Shown piece after piece: positions 1 to 8,716 of a stretch of DNA of 64,000 nt. The notes under the pieces were generated by a model. It had not been told where the DNA came from. It saw only the letters and a list, made by a program, of their open reading frames with translations, and searched no databases. Both the position numbers and the translations under genes were made by a program. This stretch comes from Burkholderiales bacterium (GTDB lineage: Bacteria > Pseudomonadota > Gammaproteobacteria > Burkholderiales > SG8-39), in NCBI GenBank assembly GCA_041617635.1, contig JBFJOO010000001.1, positions 11,819-75,818 of the forward strand, read 5' to 3'. Each line of letters opens with the position of its first letter. Position 1 is the stretch's first letter.

Positions 1-152
1 TGCCCAGGCTCGACCGGATGACGCAGACCGGCTGGCTGATCGACGCCGCCCCGGATGCGGGGGCGCTCGCCGGCGTCCTCGCCCAAACAGTGATCTACGT
101 CGCCCTCATCCTCGGCGCCGCGCTCTTCGACCTCTACCGTCAGGATCTCTGA
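1..152 (+). CDS. 3' end of an upstream membrane-protein gene (partial; start lies outside the window)
   Basis: Frame is open from the window edge to TGA at 150-152. The tail ...AGVLAQTVIYVALILGAALFDLYRQDL is a hydrophobic helix. No family assignable. Confidence 0.4.
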   Translation, partial: PRLDRMTQTGWLIDAAPDAGALAGVLAQTVIYVALILGAALFDLYRQDL

Positions 153-161
153 GCCGAGGCG

Positions 162-872
162 ATGCGCGTACGGCCGCTGCGTGATGTTCCGACCTGGGTG
201 AAGCTCACTGCGCTTGCGGGGCTCGCCACCCAGATGATCTGGAGCAGCCTGCAACCCGCCCCGCGCGCGGCGGCCGAGGACCTGCCGCAGGCGCCGTCGA
301 GCCAAGTCCTGCGACTCGCGGCGCTGGGCGAGCCGATCGCCGCGGCGAAGTTGCTGATGCTCTACATCCAGGCATTCGACTATCGTGCCGGATCCCGCAT
401 TCCGTATCGTAAGCTCGATTACGACGCCCTGATCGGCTGGCTCGACCGCATCCTGAACCTGGATCCGGGGGGGCAATATCCCCTCTGGTCGGCCGCGCGA
501 CTCTATGCCGAGGTTCCGGACCCGGACCGCCAGCGCAAGATGCTGGACTTCATCTACCGGGAGTACCTCGTCGATCCGAACCGGCGGTGGCCGTGGCTCG
601 CCCATGCAACGTTCATCGCCAAGCACCAGCTCAAGGATCTACCGCTCGCGCGGCGGTATGCTGTTGCGCTGCAACAAAACACCACCGATCCCAACGCCCC
701 GCTCTGGGTCAGGCAGATGGAACCCTTCATCCTCGAGGATATGGGGGAGCTCGAGCTGGCCCGGATACTGATCGGAGGACTGATCGCCAGCGGTCAGGTG
801 AAAGACCAGCGCGACGCCGAGCTGCTCAAACAGCGGTTGAAGGCACTCGAAGAGCGCTTGGGAAAGCCGTAA
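162..872 (+). CDS. hypothetical protein with an N-terminal hydrophobic segment and a helical-repeat-like body
   Basis: 236-aa ORF with coding-like composition, starting 10 nt after the preceding stop. N-terminal TWVKLTALAGLATQMIW looks like a signal or anchor. No recognisable catalytic motif. Confidence 0.55.
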   Translation: MRVRPLRDVPTWVKLTALAGLATQMIWSSLQPAPRAAAEDLPQAPSSQVLRLAALGEPIAAAKLLMLYIQAFDYRAGSRIPYRKLDYDALIGWLDRILNLDPGGQYPLWSAARLYAEVPDPDRQRKMLDFIYREYLVDPNRRWPWLAHATFIAKHQLKDLPLARRYAVALQQNTTDPNAPLWVRQMEPFILEDMGELELARILIGGLIASGQVKDQRDAELLKQRLKALEERLGKP

Positions 873-971
873 CGCCCATCGACGCTGTCGCTCATCTGAC
901 GTTTATGCCGGGATTCCGACGATTTGCTGGCCCGAATCGCGTGATTTTGTGCACAAACCGGGGTTTCGAGC

Positions 972-988
972 GGGCATCGAAGTTGCTT
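972..988 (+). promoter_or_regulatory. candidate sigma-54 (-24/-12) promoter for the first pilin-like gene
   Basis: gGGCATcgaagTTGCTt has GG-N10-GC spacing and resembles TGGCAC-N5-TTGCW. It lies 55 nt upstream of ATG 1043. The perfect palindrome TTTGTGCACAAA at 946-957 sits just upstream. Confidence 0.45.
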
Positions 989-1042
989 AATAGCCCCTAC
1001 CACCCCACCCCGTCTCGGGCGGAAAGTATCAAGGAGCAAATC

Positions 1043-1720
1043 ATGAAAAAGCATGCACGTCAGTCGGGCTTCACCCTGGTCGAGATCGCCATCGTGCTGG
1101 TGATCATCGGGCTGCTGCTCGGCGGCATCCTCAAAGGCCAGGAGATGATCACCCAGGCCCGGATCAAGAACGTCGTCAACGACCTGAACGGCATCACCGC
1201 AGCCTACTTCTCGTACCAGGACCGGTACAAGGCGCTCCCCGGCGACGACCTCAGCGCCGCGACCCGCTGGGCCGGATTCAGCGTCGTGGCAGGGACCGGA
1301 AACGGACAGATCTCCGGACTCTATATGGATGCGCCGGGAGCAACCCCCCCGACCAACGCGAACGAGTCGCTACTGTTCTGGTGGCACCTGCGTGCCGCCG
1401 GATTCGTCCCCGGGCCGACGGCAGGCCAGGGCGCCTGGTCCCAGCCGACCAATGCGGTGGGTGGCATCCTTGGAGCGCAGACTGGCGCGTTTACCGCGAC
1501 CACCGTCGGCACGCAGCTGACCGGAAACGTCATCTGCACGTCGAACATCCCGGACAAGATCGCGGGGGCGGTCGACACGCAGCTCGATGACCAGAAATCG
1601 ACGACCGGCAACGTGCGATCGATGCAGGTCGGCGGCAACGTGACCGCGAACTCCGGAAACCTCGCGGCAAACTACACGGAGACCGGCGACCAGCAGTATC
1701 TGATGTGCAAGTCGATCTAA
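1043..1720 (+). CDS. type IV pilin-like protein (prepilin-type N-terminal cleavage/methylation domain), paralog A
   Basis: AAGGAG RBS at 1031-1036. Short leader MKKHARQSG followed by FTLVEIAIVLVIIGLLLGG (class III signal, G|FTLxE). C-terminal Cys pair (VICTSN ... LMCKSI) is typical of a pilin D-region. The track ORF 587..1720 was trimmed to this start. Confidence 0.85.
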   Translation: MKKHARQSGFTLVEIAIVLVIIGLLLGGILKGQEMITQARIKNVVNDLNGITAAYFSYQDRYKALPGDDLSAATRWAGFSVVAGTGNGQISGLYMDAPGATPPTNANESLLFWWHLRAAGFVPGPTAGQGAWSQPTNAVGGILGAQTGAFTATTVGTQLTGNVICTSNIPDKIAGAVDTQLDDQKSTTGNVRSMQVGGNVTANSGNLAANYTETGDQQYLMCKSI

Positions 1721-1736
1721 CCGATTTGAGGTGACC

Positions 1737-1757
1737 GCGGGCGCGCACCGCGCCCGC
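1737..1757 (+). other. perfect GC hairpin just after pilin A stop
   Basis: GCGGGCGCG-cac-CGCGCCCGC, 9-bp stem, no T-tract. Confidence 0.4.
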
Positions 1758-1847
1758 CGCAGCAAACTCGAGTACCTGTCGCAGACGGCGCAACGCAGCA
1801 AGAGATTCGCAAGACCGTCCGACGAGCGAATTGGTTATCGGTGCCAC

Positions 1848-1877
1848 GGGCCCGCGCAGTTGCGGGCCTCCTTTTTT
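1848..1877 (+). terminator. rho-independent terminator downstream of pilin A
   Basis: GGCCCGC-gcagtt-GCGGGCC stem-loop followed by tccTTTTTTcc. Confidence 0.7.
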
Positions 1878-2277
1878 CCGATCGGCGAAATTTCGACGCC
1901 GGCCGCAATTCATCGCTCCGGGGACCCGTGCTGGGTCCGTGCGAGGGGGCCGATTCTTGCATGCCTGCTTCAGGAAACGCGCGAGACGCGCCGGGAATCC
2001 ATGATGGTTACGTCATTACAGTGCGTACCCACTCTCTTCGCACGGCGAAATCTCGTCGCCGATCGTGCCCATGCGTGACTGCGCGCTTTCTCGAATTCGT
2101 GGAATTTTCCCGGTGCCAGCGCGCGTCGTCGTCCACCTAACGCGAGCGCTTTGCTCTAATCGCGTTGCTACGCGGTTTCGTGGAATTGTTCCGGTGTCGT
2201 CGCCGATGGCCTGCCCGCGCGGGCCACCAGCAGTTGCACGGTGGCCGGTCAACGCATGCAGTGCCACCGATCGGAAT

Positions 2278-2946
2278 ATGCTCATCTCGGGATCTCAGCG
2301 CGGGTTCACCCTGGTCGAAATCGCCATGGCGCTCGTCATCGTCACGCTGCTGCTGGGCGGGGTGATGCGCGGCCAGGAGCTCGTGACGCAAGCGCGCATC
2401 CGTGACGTACTGAACGATCTGAGTGGCGTGACGGCCGCCTACAACTTCTATTACGACCGTTACAAGGCCGCGCCGGGCGACGACCCGGCCGCCGGAACCC
2501 GCTGGAGCCCGTACGGCGCGAAGTCGGGGGGCGGCAACGGCACGATTTCGGGGAAGTACTTCGAGGGCAAGGATCCCAGCATCCTCACCGACGGCGACAC
2601 CGACGAGTCCTCGAAATTCTGGTGGCACCTGCGTCTGGCCGGGTTCATCCACGGCCCTGGCACCGGGCCGGGTGCCACGGCCCCGCCCACCAATTCCGTG
2701 GGCGGCCTCCTCGGCGTGCAGACGACCGGGCTCGGCCTGAGCCGGATCATCGCGTGCGAGTCGAATCTTCCCGCTCGGATCGCAGGCGTGGTCGACATCC
2801 AGATCGATGACGGGCTCCCGAACCGCGGATCGGTGGTGGCCTATGAGCAGTCCACGGCGAACGAAGACGTGATGGGCAAGACGCCCAACACGACCGCGTA
2901 CGACGAGTCCGGGTCGGGCCAGTACGTGATCTGCAAGGCGATCTAG
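2278..2946 (+). CDS. type IV pilin-like protein (prepilin-type N-terminal cleavage/methylation domain), paralog B
   Basis: Leader MLISGSQRG then FTLVEIAMALVIVTLLLGG. Collinear with paralog A (DRYKA.PGDD, FWWHLR.AGF, PTN.VGG.LG.QT, IAG.VD.Q.DD, QY..CK.I). The track ORF 2065..2946 was trimmed to ATG 2278. RBS is weak. Confidence 0.8.
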   Translation: MLISGSQRGFTLVEIAMALVIVTLLLGGVMRGQELVTQARIRDVLNDLSGVTAAYNFYYDRYKAAPGDDPAAGTRWSPYGAKSGGGNGTISGKYFEGKDPSILTDGDTDESSKFWWHLRLAGFIHGPGTGPGATAPPTNSVGGLLGVQTTGLGLSRIIACESNLPARIAGVVDIQIDDGLPNRGSVVAYEQSTANEDVMGKTPNTTAYDESGSGQYVICKAI

Positions 2947-2969
2947 CGCTACGCGCCGCGGGCCTCCAA

Positions 2970-4940
2970 TCAGCCCTTCATCAGGCGAATCTCGGCGGCC
3001 TCGAGCGCATCCGGTCGCCCGAGCAGCACCAGGACATCCCCGGCCTTGAGGCGCGTCTCGGGGCCGGGCTCCTCGGCCCGGATCCCGCGCCGGCGGACGG
3101 CAGTGACCTGGACCCCCATGCCCTGAAGATCGAGCTCGGCAAGCGTGCGCGCGACACCGAAGCCGTCCTCCCCCAGCGTCACCGAGTGCAGCCGCGGCTG
3201 CGCGGACTCGTCGAGGTCGGCCGGCTCGTCCATGACGCCGCGGTAGAAGCCACGCAGGAGCCGATAGCGTTCGGACCGCATCAGGCGCAACTGCTCCAGC
3301 ACGCGGCGGACCGGAACGCCGATCATCAGCATCGCGTGCGACGCGAGCATCAGGCTCGATTCGAACGTGTCCGGAACCACCTCGGCGGCTCCGGCGCCCG
3401 ACAACCGATCGAAGTCCGCGTCATCGCGGGTGCGCACGATCACGGGCAGCGCCGGGCTCACCTCCTGCGCGCGCGCGAGGGTTCTGAGCGCGGCGGGCGT
3501 GTCGATGAAGGAGATCACCAGGGCCGAGGCCCGATTGATGCCCGCGGCGACCAGCGTCTCCGCGCGGGACGAGTCGCCGTACACCACCGGTTCGCCGGCC
3601 GCCGCCGCCTCGCGCACGCGATCGGGATCGAGATCGAGCGCGACGAACCCGATGCCTTCGCGCTCCAGGAATCGGCCGAGGTGCTGTCCGGTCCTGCCGT
3701 ACCCGCAGACGATCACGTGCCGCTCGCGCGCGAGGCTTTGCACGGCCACCTGGTGCAGCTGCAGCGACCGGAGCAGCCACTCCGAGCGCGACCAGCGCAG
3801 CACGATCCGGTCGCTGTAGTGAATGAGAAAGGGCGCGCTCAGCATCGAAAGCAGCATGCCGGCGACCGCGACCTGATAGAACTCGGCGTCGACCACTTGC
3901 CGCAGCACGCCGACGCTCGCGAGCACGAGGCCGAACTCCCCCGCCTGCGCGAGCGCCAGTCCCGCGCGCAGCGCCGTGCCGGGCGGCTGACCGAGCAGGC
4001 GCGCCAGCCCGACGACGACGCCGAACTTGAGCACCATGGGGAGCGCGAAGAGCGCCGCCACCAGGGCAACATTGTCGATCACCACCCGCGGATCGAGCTG
4101 CATGCCCATGCTGACGAAGAAGAGGCCCAGGAGCACCTCGCGGAACGGCCTGATGTCCTCCTCGACCTGGTGGCGATACTCGGTCTCGGAGATCAACATC
4201 CCGGCGAGAAACGCGCCTAGCGCGAGCGAAAGGCCCGCGAGTTCCGTGATGTAGGCAAGGCCGAGCGCGATGAACAGGACGTTGATGATGAAAAGCTCGT
4301 GCGAGCGGCGCCGCGCGACGATGTGAAACCACGCCCGCATGAGCCGCTGCCCCAGGAAAAGCAGCACTCCGAGGACGACGGCCGCCTTCAGCGCGGCGAC
4401 CCCCAGGGCGTATCCGAGCCCGACGCCCTCCAGTCCCAGGGCGGGAATGATGATTAGGAAGGGCACCACAGCCAGGTCCTGGAAGAGGAGCACCCCCACC
4501 GCGGCGCGTCCGTGCGGGGTCTCGAGCTCGAGTCGCTCCGCGAGCATGCGCATGACGATCGCGGTGGAGGACATGCAGAACGCCGCGGCGATGGCGAACG
4601 CCGCAGGCCACTGGGCGCCCGCCGCCATCAGCAGCGCGAACAACGCGAGCAACGTGATGATCACCTGCAGCCCACCGAGCCCGAATACCAGCCGGCGCAT
4701 CTGCGTGAGGCGCGGCAGGCTGAACTCGAGCCCGATGGTGAACATCAGGAAAACCACGCCGAACTCGGCAAAGTTGCGCGCGAGCGGCGCGTTCGGCACC
4801 CAGCCGAGCGAGTTGGGGCCGATCGCCACGCCCACGATCAGGTAGCCGAGCAGCGGCGGGAGGTTGAGCCGGCGAAACAGGACCACCACGAGCACCGCGC
4901 TCGCCAGCAGGATCAACGCAAGTTCGAGGCCCTTGATCAT
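2970..4940 (-). CDS. monovalent cation:proton antiporter-2 (CPA2, KefB/KefC/YbaL-like) with TrkA-N/TrkA-C (RCK) domains
   Basis: Multi-TM Na_H-exchanger-like N-terminal half. The C-terminal half has the Rossmann motif VIVCGYGRTGQ and an RCK-C-like end. Start placed at MIKGLELALILLA (ATG 4940) rather than 5024. Confidence 0.85.
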   Translation of the reverse strand: MIKGLELALILLASAVLVVVLFRRLNLPPLLGYLIVGVAIGPNSLGWVPNAPLARNFAEFGVVFLMFTIGLEFSLPRLTQMRRLVFGLGGLQVIITLLALFALLMAAGAQWPAAFAIAAAFCMSSTAIVMRMLAERLELETPHGRAAVGVLLFQDLAVVPFLIIIPALGLEGVGLGYALGVAALKAAVVLGVLLFLGQRLMRAWFHIVARRRSHELFIINVLFIALGLAYITELAGLSLALGAFLAGMLISETEYRHQVEEDIRPFREVLLGLFFVSMGMQLDPRVVIDNVALVAALFALPMVLKFGVVVGLARLLGQPPGTALRAGLALAQAGEFGLVLASVGVLRQVVDAEFYQVAVAGMLLSMLSAPFLIHYSDRIVLRWSRSEWLLRSLQLHQVAVQSLARERHVIVCGYGRTGQHLGRFLEREGIGFVALDLDPDRVREAAAAGEPVVYGDSSRAETLVAAGINRASALVISFIDTPAALRTLARAQEVSPALPVIVRTRDDADFDRLSGAGAAEVVPDTFESSLMLASHAMLMIGVPVRRVLEQLRLMRSERYRLLRGFYRGVMDEPADLDESAQPRLHSVTLGEDGFGVARTLAELDLQGMGVQVTAVRRRGIRAEEPGPETRLKAGDVLVLLGRPDALEAAEIRLMKG

Positions 4941-5061
4941 CGCGGCTACCGGAGAATCCCAAACTCGGCGAAGGGCGCATGTCGCGTCGCGCGCTCGGGC
5001 ACGGCGCGGCCCGAATCGATCCATCGCGGACCGTCGAAACGGCGGCCCGGCACGGGCCCTT

Positions 5062-5070
5062 TGCTATACT
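5062..5070 (+). promoter_or_regulatory. candidate extended -10 promoter (TGcTATACT) directly upstream of kdsD
   Basis: TGN-TATACT ends 8 nt before ATG 5079. No good -35 element and no SD. This would give a leaderless or very short-leader transcript. Confidence 0.25.
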
Positions 5071-5078
5071 GTGACGGG

Positions 5079-6083
5079 ATGATAACCGTGGCCTCTCCCG
5101 CGGACCAGGCGAGCGCTGATGCGCGTGCGGTCGAGCTCGCCCGCGAGGTGCTGCGGATCGAATCGGATGCGGTTGCCGAGATCGCGTTGCGCGTGGGCGC
5201 GAGCTTCGGCGCAGCCGTGCGGATCATCATGAACTGCCGCGGCCGCGTCGTGGTGAGTGGCGTGGGGAAATCCGGGCATGTCGCGCGGAAGATCGCCTCG
5301 ACGCTCGCGAGCACCGGAACGCCGGCGTTCTTCGTCCATGCCGCCGAGGCGAGCCACGGCGACCTTGGGATGATCACGCGCGACGACGTCGTCATCGCGA
5401 TCTCGTATTCCGGCGAAAGCGACGAGCTGCTGACCATCGTACCGCTCGTCAAGCGTGGCGGCGCGAAGCTGATCACCATGACCGGAAATGCCCAGGCGTC
5501 GCTGGCGCGCGATGCCGACGTGGTGCTCGACACGCGCGTGTCCAAGGAAGCCTGTCCGCTGAATCTCGCGCCCACGGCAAGCACGACCGCGACGCTTGCG
5601 CTCGGCGATGCCCTGGCTGTGGCCCTGCTGGACGCCCGCGGGTTCAATCGCGACGATTTCGCGCGCGCGCACCCGGGCGGCGCGTTGGGTCGGCGCCTGC
5701 TCACCCACGTGCGGGACGTGATGCGTACCGGCGCCGAAGTCCCGTCCGTACCGCACACCGCGAGCTTCTCCGATGCCGTCGTGGAGATGTCCAACAAGCG
5801 GATGGGAATGACCGCGATACTCGACGCATCCGGCCGCGTGATCGGCATATTCACCGACGGGGACCTGCGCCGTGCACTCGAGAAGGTTCCTGACGTGATG
5901 CGTGCGCCCATTGCGGATGTCATGACGCGCGACCCGCGCATGATCGGACCCGATCATCTTGCCGTCGAGGCCGTCGAGATCATGGAGCATCATAAGGTTC
6001 ACGGGCTGCTCGTCGTCACGGAGGACGGGTTGCTGGTCGGAGCGCTGAACATCCACGACCTGCTGCGCGCCAAGGTGGTCTAG
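5079..6083 (+). CDS. kdsD: arabinose-5-phosphate isomerase (SIS domain + tandem CBS domains)
   Basis: SIS motif VVVSGVGKSGHVARKIASTLASTGTPAFFVH and a C-terminal CBS pair. Conserved position upstream of kdsC-lptCAB. The long track ORF was trimmed to ATG 5079. Confidence 0.92.
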   Translation: MITVASPADQASADARAVELAREVLRIESDAVAEIALRVGASFGAAVRIIMNCRGRVVVSGVGKSGHVARKIASTLASTGTPAFFVHAAEASHGDLGMITRDDVVIAISYSGESDELLTIVPLVKRGGAKLITMTGNAQASLARDADVVLDTRVSKEACPLNLAPTASTTATLALGDALAVALLDARGFNRDDFARAHPGGALGRRLLTHVRDVMRTGAEVPSVPHTASFSDAVVEMSNKRMGMTAILDASGRVIGIFTDGDLRRALEKVPDVMRAPIADVMTRDPRMIGPDHLAVEAVEIMEHHKVHGLLVVTEDGLLVGALNIHDLLRAKVV

Positions 6084-6085
6084 CA

Positions 6086-6619
6086 ATGGTGGAGCAGCGC
6101 TCGGCTGCCGGACGCGCGCGCAACGTGCGCCTGATGGTCTTCGATGTGGACGGCGTGCTGACCGACGGTACGCTCTTCGTCGCGGCCGCGGGAGAGGAGT
6201 TCAAGGCGTTCAACATCCTGGACGGTCATGGTCTCAGAATGCTGCGCGATAGCGGCGTGCAACTCGCGATCGTCTCCGGACGGGAGTCCGCCGCAGTGAC
6301 TCGCCGGGCGCAAGAGCTCGGTATCGAGCACGTTCATCAGGGCATCGCGGCGAAGCTGCCCGTCTTCGAGGCGCTGTGCGCCCGTTCCGGCCTCGAATCG
6401 GAGCAGTGCGGGTTCGTCGGCGACGACTTCCCCGATCTCCCGGTGCTGGTCCGGTGCGGGTTCGCCGCCAGCGTGCCCAACGCGCCCGAGGCGGTGCGAA
6501 GCCGCGTACACTACGTCACGCGGGCCGCCGGCGGGCGCGGCGCGGTGCGCGAGATCTGCGAATTCGTCCTGGATGCGCAGGGCAAGCTTGACGCCGCGCT
6601 CGGGAGATATCTGGCGTGA
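6086..6619 (+). CDS. kdsC: 3-deoxy-D-manno-octulosonate 8-phosphate phosphatase (HAD superfamily)
   Basis: HAD motif I in LMVFDVDGVLTDG. Size (177 aa) and synteny fit. Confidence 0.92.
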   Translation: MVEQRSAAGRARNVRLMVFDVDGVLTDGTLFVAAAGEEFKAFNILDGHGLRMLRDSGVQLAIVSGRESAAVTRRAQELGIEHVHQGIAAKLPVFEALCARSGLESEQCGFVGDDFPDLPVLVRCGFAASVPNAPEAVRSRVHYVTRAAGGRGAVREICEFVLDAQGKLDAALGRYLA

Positions 6620-7197
6620 GGCCGCGCGCAGGCACAATTTTCCCCGTCGTACTGGTTGCGATGCTCGCCGCGCTGACCTTCTGGCTGGAGCGTCTCGCGG
6701 AGGGCCCCAACGGCCCGTCGGCGCCACGCGATCCGGGCACACCCGATTTCATGATCGACGAGCTGAAGGCGACAAAGATCAACTCCGAAGGTCGTGCCGA
6801 GTATTCCCTGGCGGCGGCGAAGATGGTTCATTTTCCGGCTTCGGACATCACGGAAGTCGACCAGCCGCGGCTCGTCCAGTGGCGCGCGGACGCTCCGCCG
6901 GTGCGGGTGAGCGCCGACCGCGGCACGGTGTCCGGAAACGGCAAGGAGCTCTATCTTCACGGCGACGTCGTCATCGTGCGCGAAGGCGCACCCGGCCGCG
7001 GCGTGCTGCGGGTCGAGACGAAGTATCTGCAGGTGATCCCCGACCTGGAGATCGCCCGCACGCCGGAGCACGTCGTGATCACCCAGGACGGCTCGCGGCT
7101 CGAGGGCGTGGGGATGGAGTTCAACAACAAGGCTCGCGAACTGGAGCTGCGCTCCCTCGTGAGCGGCACGTACCGGCCGGTCGAGAAGGCGCAATGA
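6616..7197 (+). CDS. lptC: LPS export system protein LptC
   Basis: N-terminal TM anchor (IFPVVLVAMLAALTFWL) and an OstA-like beta-rich body. GTGA overlap with kdsC; synteny. Confidence 0.85.
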   Translation: MRPRAGTIFPVVLVAMLAALTFWLERLAEGPNGPSAPRDPGTPDFMIDELKATKINSEGRAEYSLAAAKMVHFPASDITEVDQPRLVQWRADAPPVRVSADRGTVSGNGKELYLHGDVVIVREGAPGRGVLRVETKYLQVIPDLEIARTPEHVVITQDGSRLEGVGMEFNNKARELELRSLVSGTYRPVEKAQ

Positions 7198-7802
7198 GCC
7201 GGACGCGTTCGGATCGCTTCGCCTGCCTTCTCGCGGCGTGCTTCGCAGGAGCGATCGCTACCGCCGCCCCCGCCGTGGCGCAGAAACCCAACTCGAACGA
7301 GCCGGTCAGCATCGAGGCGGACCGGATGAAGGCCGACGACCAGAAGCAGATCGCCGAGTTCGAAGGGCGGGTCGTTCTCACTCAAGGAAGCTTTCAGCTG
7401 CGCGCCGACAAGCTCACCGTGCGCAAGGACGGCGACGGCTTCCAGCACGGCACCGCCACCGGACAACCGGCCACGTTCAGGCAGAAGCGCGAGGGCACCG
7501 ACGAGTGGATTGCCGGCGAAGCCGCGCGCATCGAATACGACGGTCGGCGCGAGCAGGTGGAGCTGTTCGACAGCGCGAAGGTGTCGCGCGACAACGACGA
7601 GGTGCGCGGCAACTACATCTCGTATGACACGCGCGCGCAGGTGTTCCGCGTGCAAGGTGGCAAGGAGTACGCTCCCGGGCCGGGACGCGAGGACCGCGTT
7701 CGTGCCGTCATTCAGCCGCGCGCGAAATCGACCGACAAGGGCAAGCCTGCCGCGCCGCTGCTGCTCGCGCCCACGCCCAGCCTGGACCGGCGCGGCAAAT
7801 GA
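7194..7802 (+). CDS. lptA: LPS transport periplasmic protein LptA
   Basis: Signal peptide ...ATAAPAVA|Q and OstA-N-like repeats (IEADRM..D....[24 protein letters not shown]). ATGA overlap with lptC. Confidence 0.88.
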   Translation: MSRTRSDRFACLLAACFAGAIATAAPAVAQKPNSNEPVSIEADRMKADDQKQIAEFEGRVVLTQGSFQLRADKLTVRKDGDGFQHGTATGQPATFRQKREGTDEWIAGEAARIEYDGRREQVELFDSAKVSRDNDEVRGNYISYDTRAQVFRVQGGKEYAPGPGREDRVRAVIQPRAKSTDKGKPAAPLLLAPTPSLDRRGK

Positions 7803-7836
7803 TCGAGCGAGAGTATCGACCGGCCCGCCTGCGGCA

Positions 7837-8559
7837 ATGAGCCAGCTCAAGGCGCTCGCGCTGAACAAGCGGTACAAGAAGCGCACTGTCGTGCACGACG
7901 TTTCGCTGCAAGTGTCGAGCGGCGAGGTGGTCGGCCTGCTCGGGCCGAACGGCGCCGGAAAGACGACCTGCTTCTACATGATCGTCGGACTCGTGGCGGC
8001 GGACGGTGGGCGGATCGTCGTCGACGAGCAGGACATCACGCATCTGCCGATCCACCGGCGGGCACGCCTGGGGCTGTCGTACCTCCCGCAGGAGGCGTCG
8101 GTATTTCGCAAGCTGAGCGTCGAGGAGAACGTGCGGGCCGTGCTCGAGCTGCAGAAACTGAACGGGGAGGATGTCATGCCCCGCCTCGACGGGCTCTTAG
8201 AGGAGCTGCATATCGCTCATTTGCGGGAGGCCACCGCGCTCTCGCTTTCCGGCGGCGAGCGCCGCCGGGTTGAGATCGCGCGGGCGCTCGCGACACGCCC
8301 GAACTTCATTCTGCTCGACGAGCCCTTTGCCGGAATCGACCCGATCGCGGTCCTCGACATCCAGCGCATCATCCGGTTCCTCAAGGAGCGCTCGATCGGC
8401 GTGCTGATCACCGACCACAACGTGCGCGAGACCCTCGGAATTTGCGACAGAGCGTACATAATTAACGAAGGGGTCGTGCTGGCCGCCGGGAAACCGGAGG
8501 AAATTGTTTATAATGACGCAGTTAGACGCGTTTACCTGGGCGAACATTTTCGTCTCTGA
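7837..8559 (+). CDS. lptB: LPS export ABC transporter ATP-binding protein LptB
   Basis: Walker [10 protein letters not shown], signature LSGGERRR, Walker B ILLDEP. 240 aa; synteny. Confidence 0.95.
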   Translation: MSQLKALALNKRYKKRTVVHDVSLQVSSGEVVGLLGPNGAGKTTCFYMIVGLVAADGGRIVVDEQDITHLPIHRRARLGLSYLPQEASVFRKLSVEENVRAVLELQKLNGEDVMPRLDGLLEELHIAHLREATALSLSGGERRRVEIARALATRPNFILLDEPFAGIDPIAVLDIQRIIRFLKERSIGVLITDHNVRETLGICDRAYIINEGVVLAAGKPEEIVYNDAVRRVYLGEHFRL

Positions 8560-8716
8560 CGCATCGGCGGGACAGGGTAGACCCTGGCCCCGGAACGCAT
8601 TTCCTGGACCCCACTTTGAGGCGCAGCGAACGTAGCGAGAAATCCGTCAATCGTCCGGAACTCCCGGGGCCGCCGGCTCCGACCGGCAGGCTCGGATCGC
8701 AATTCCAACCCCTTTC

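Noticed and set aside
3421-4980. 519-aa ORF on the minus strand overlapping the CPA2 antiporter gene in another frame
   Set aside because: Extreme Arg/Ala/Gly/Pro composition with no motifs, typical of off-frame open reading in GC-rich DNA. The membrane-protein frame (2970-4940) is clearly the real one.
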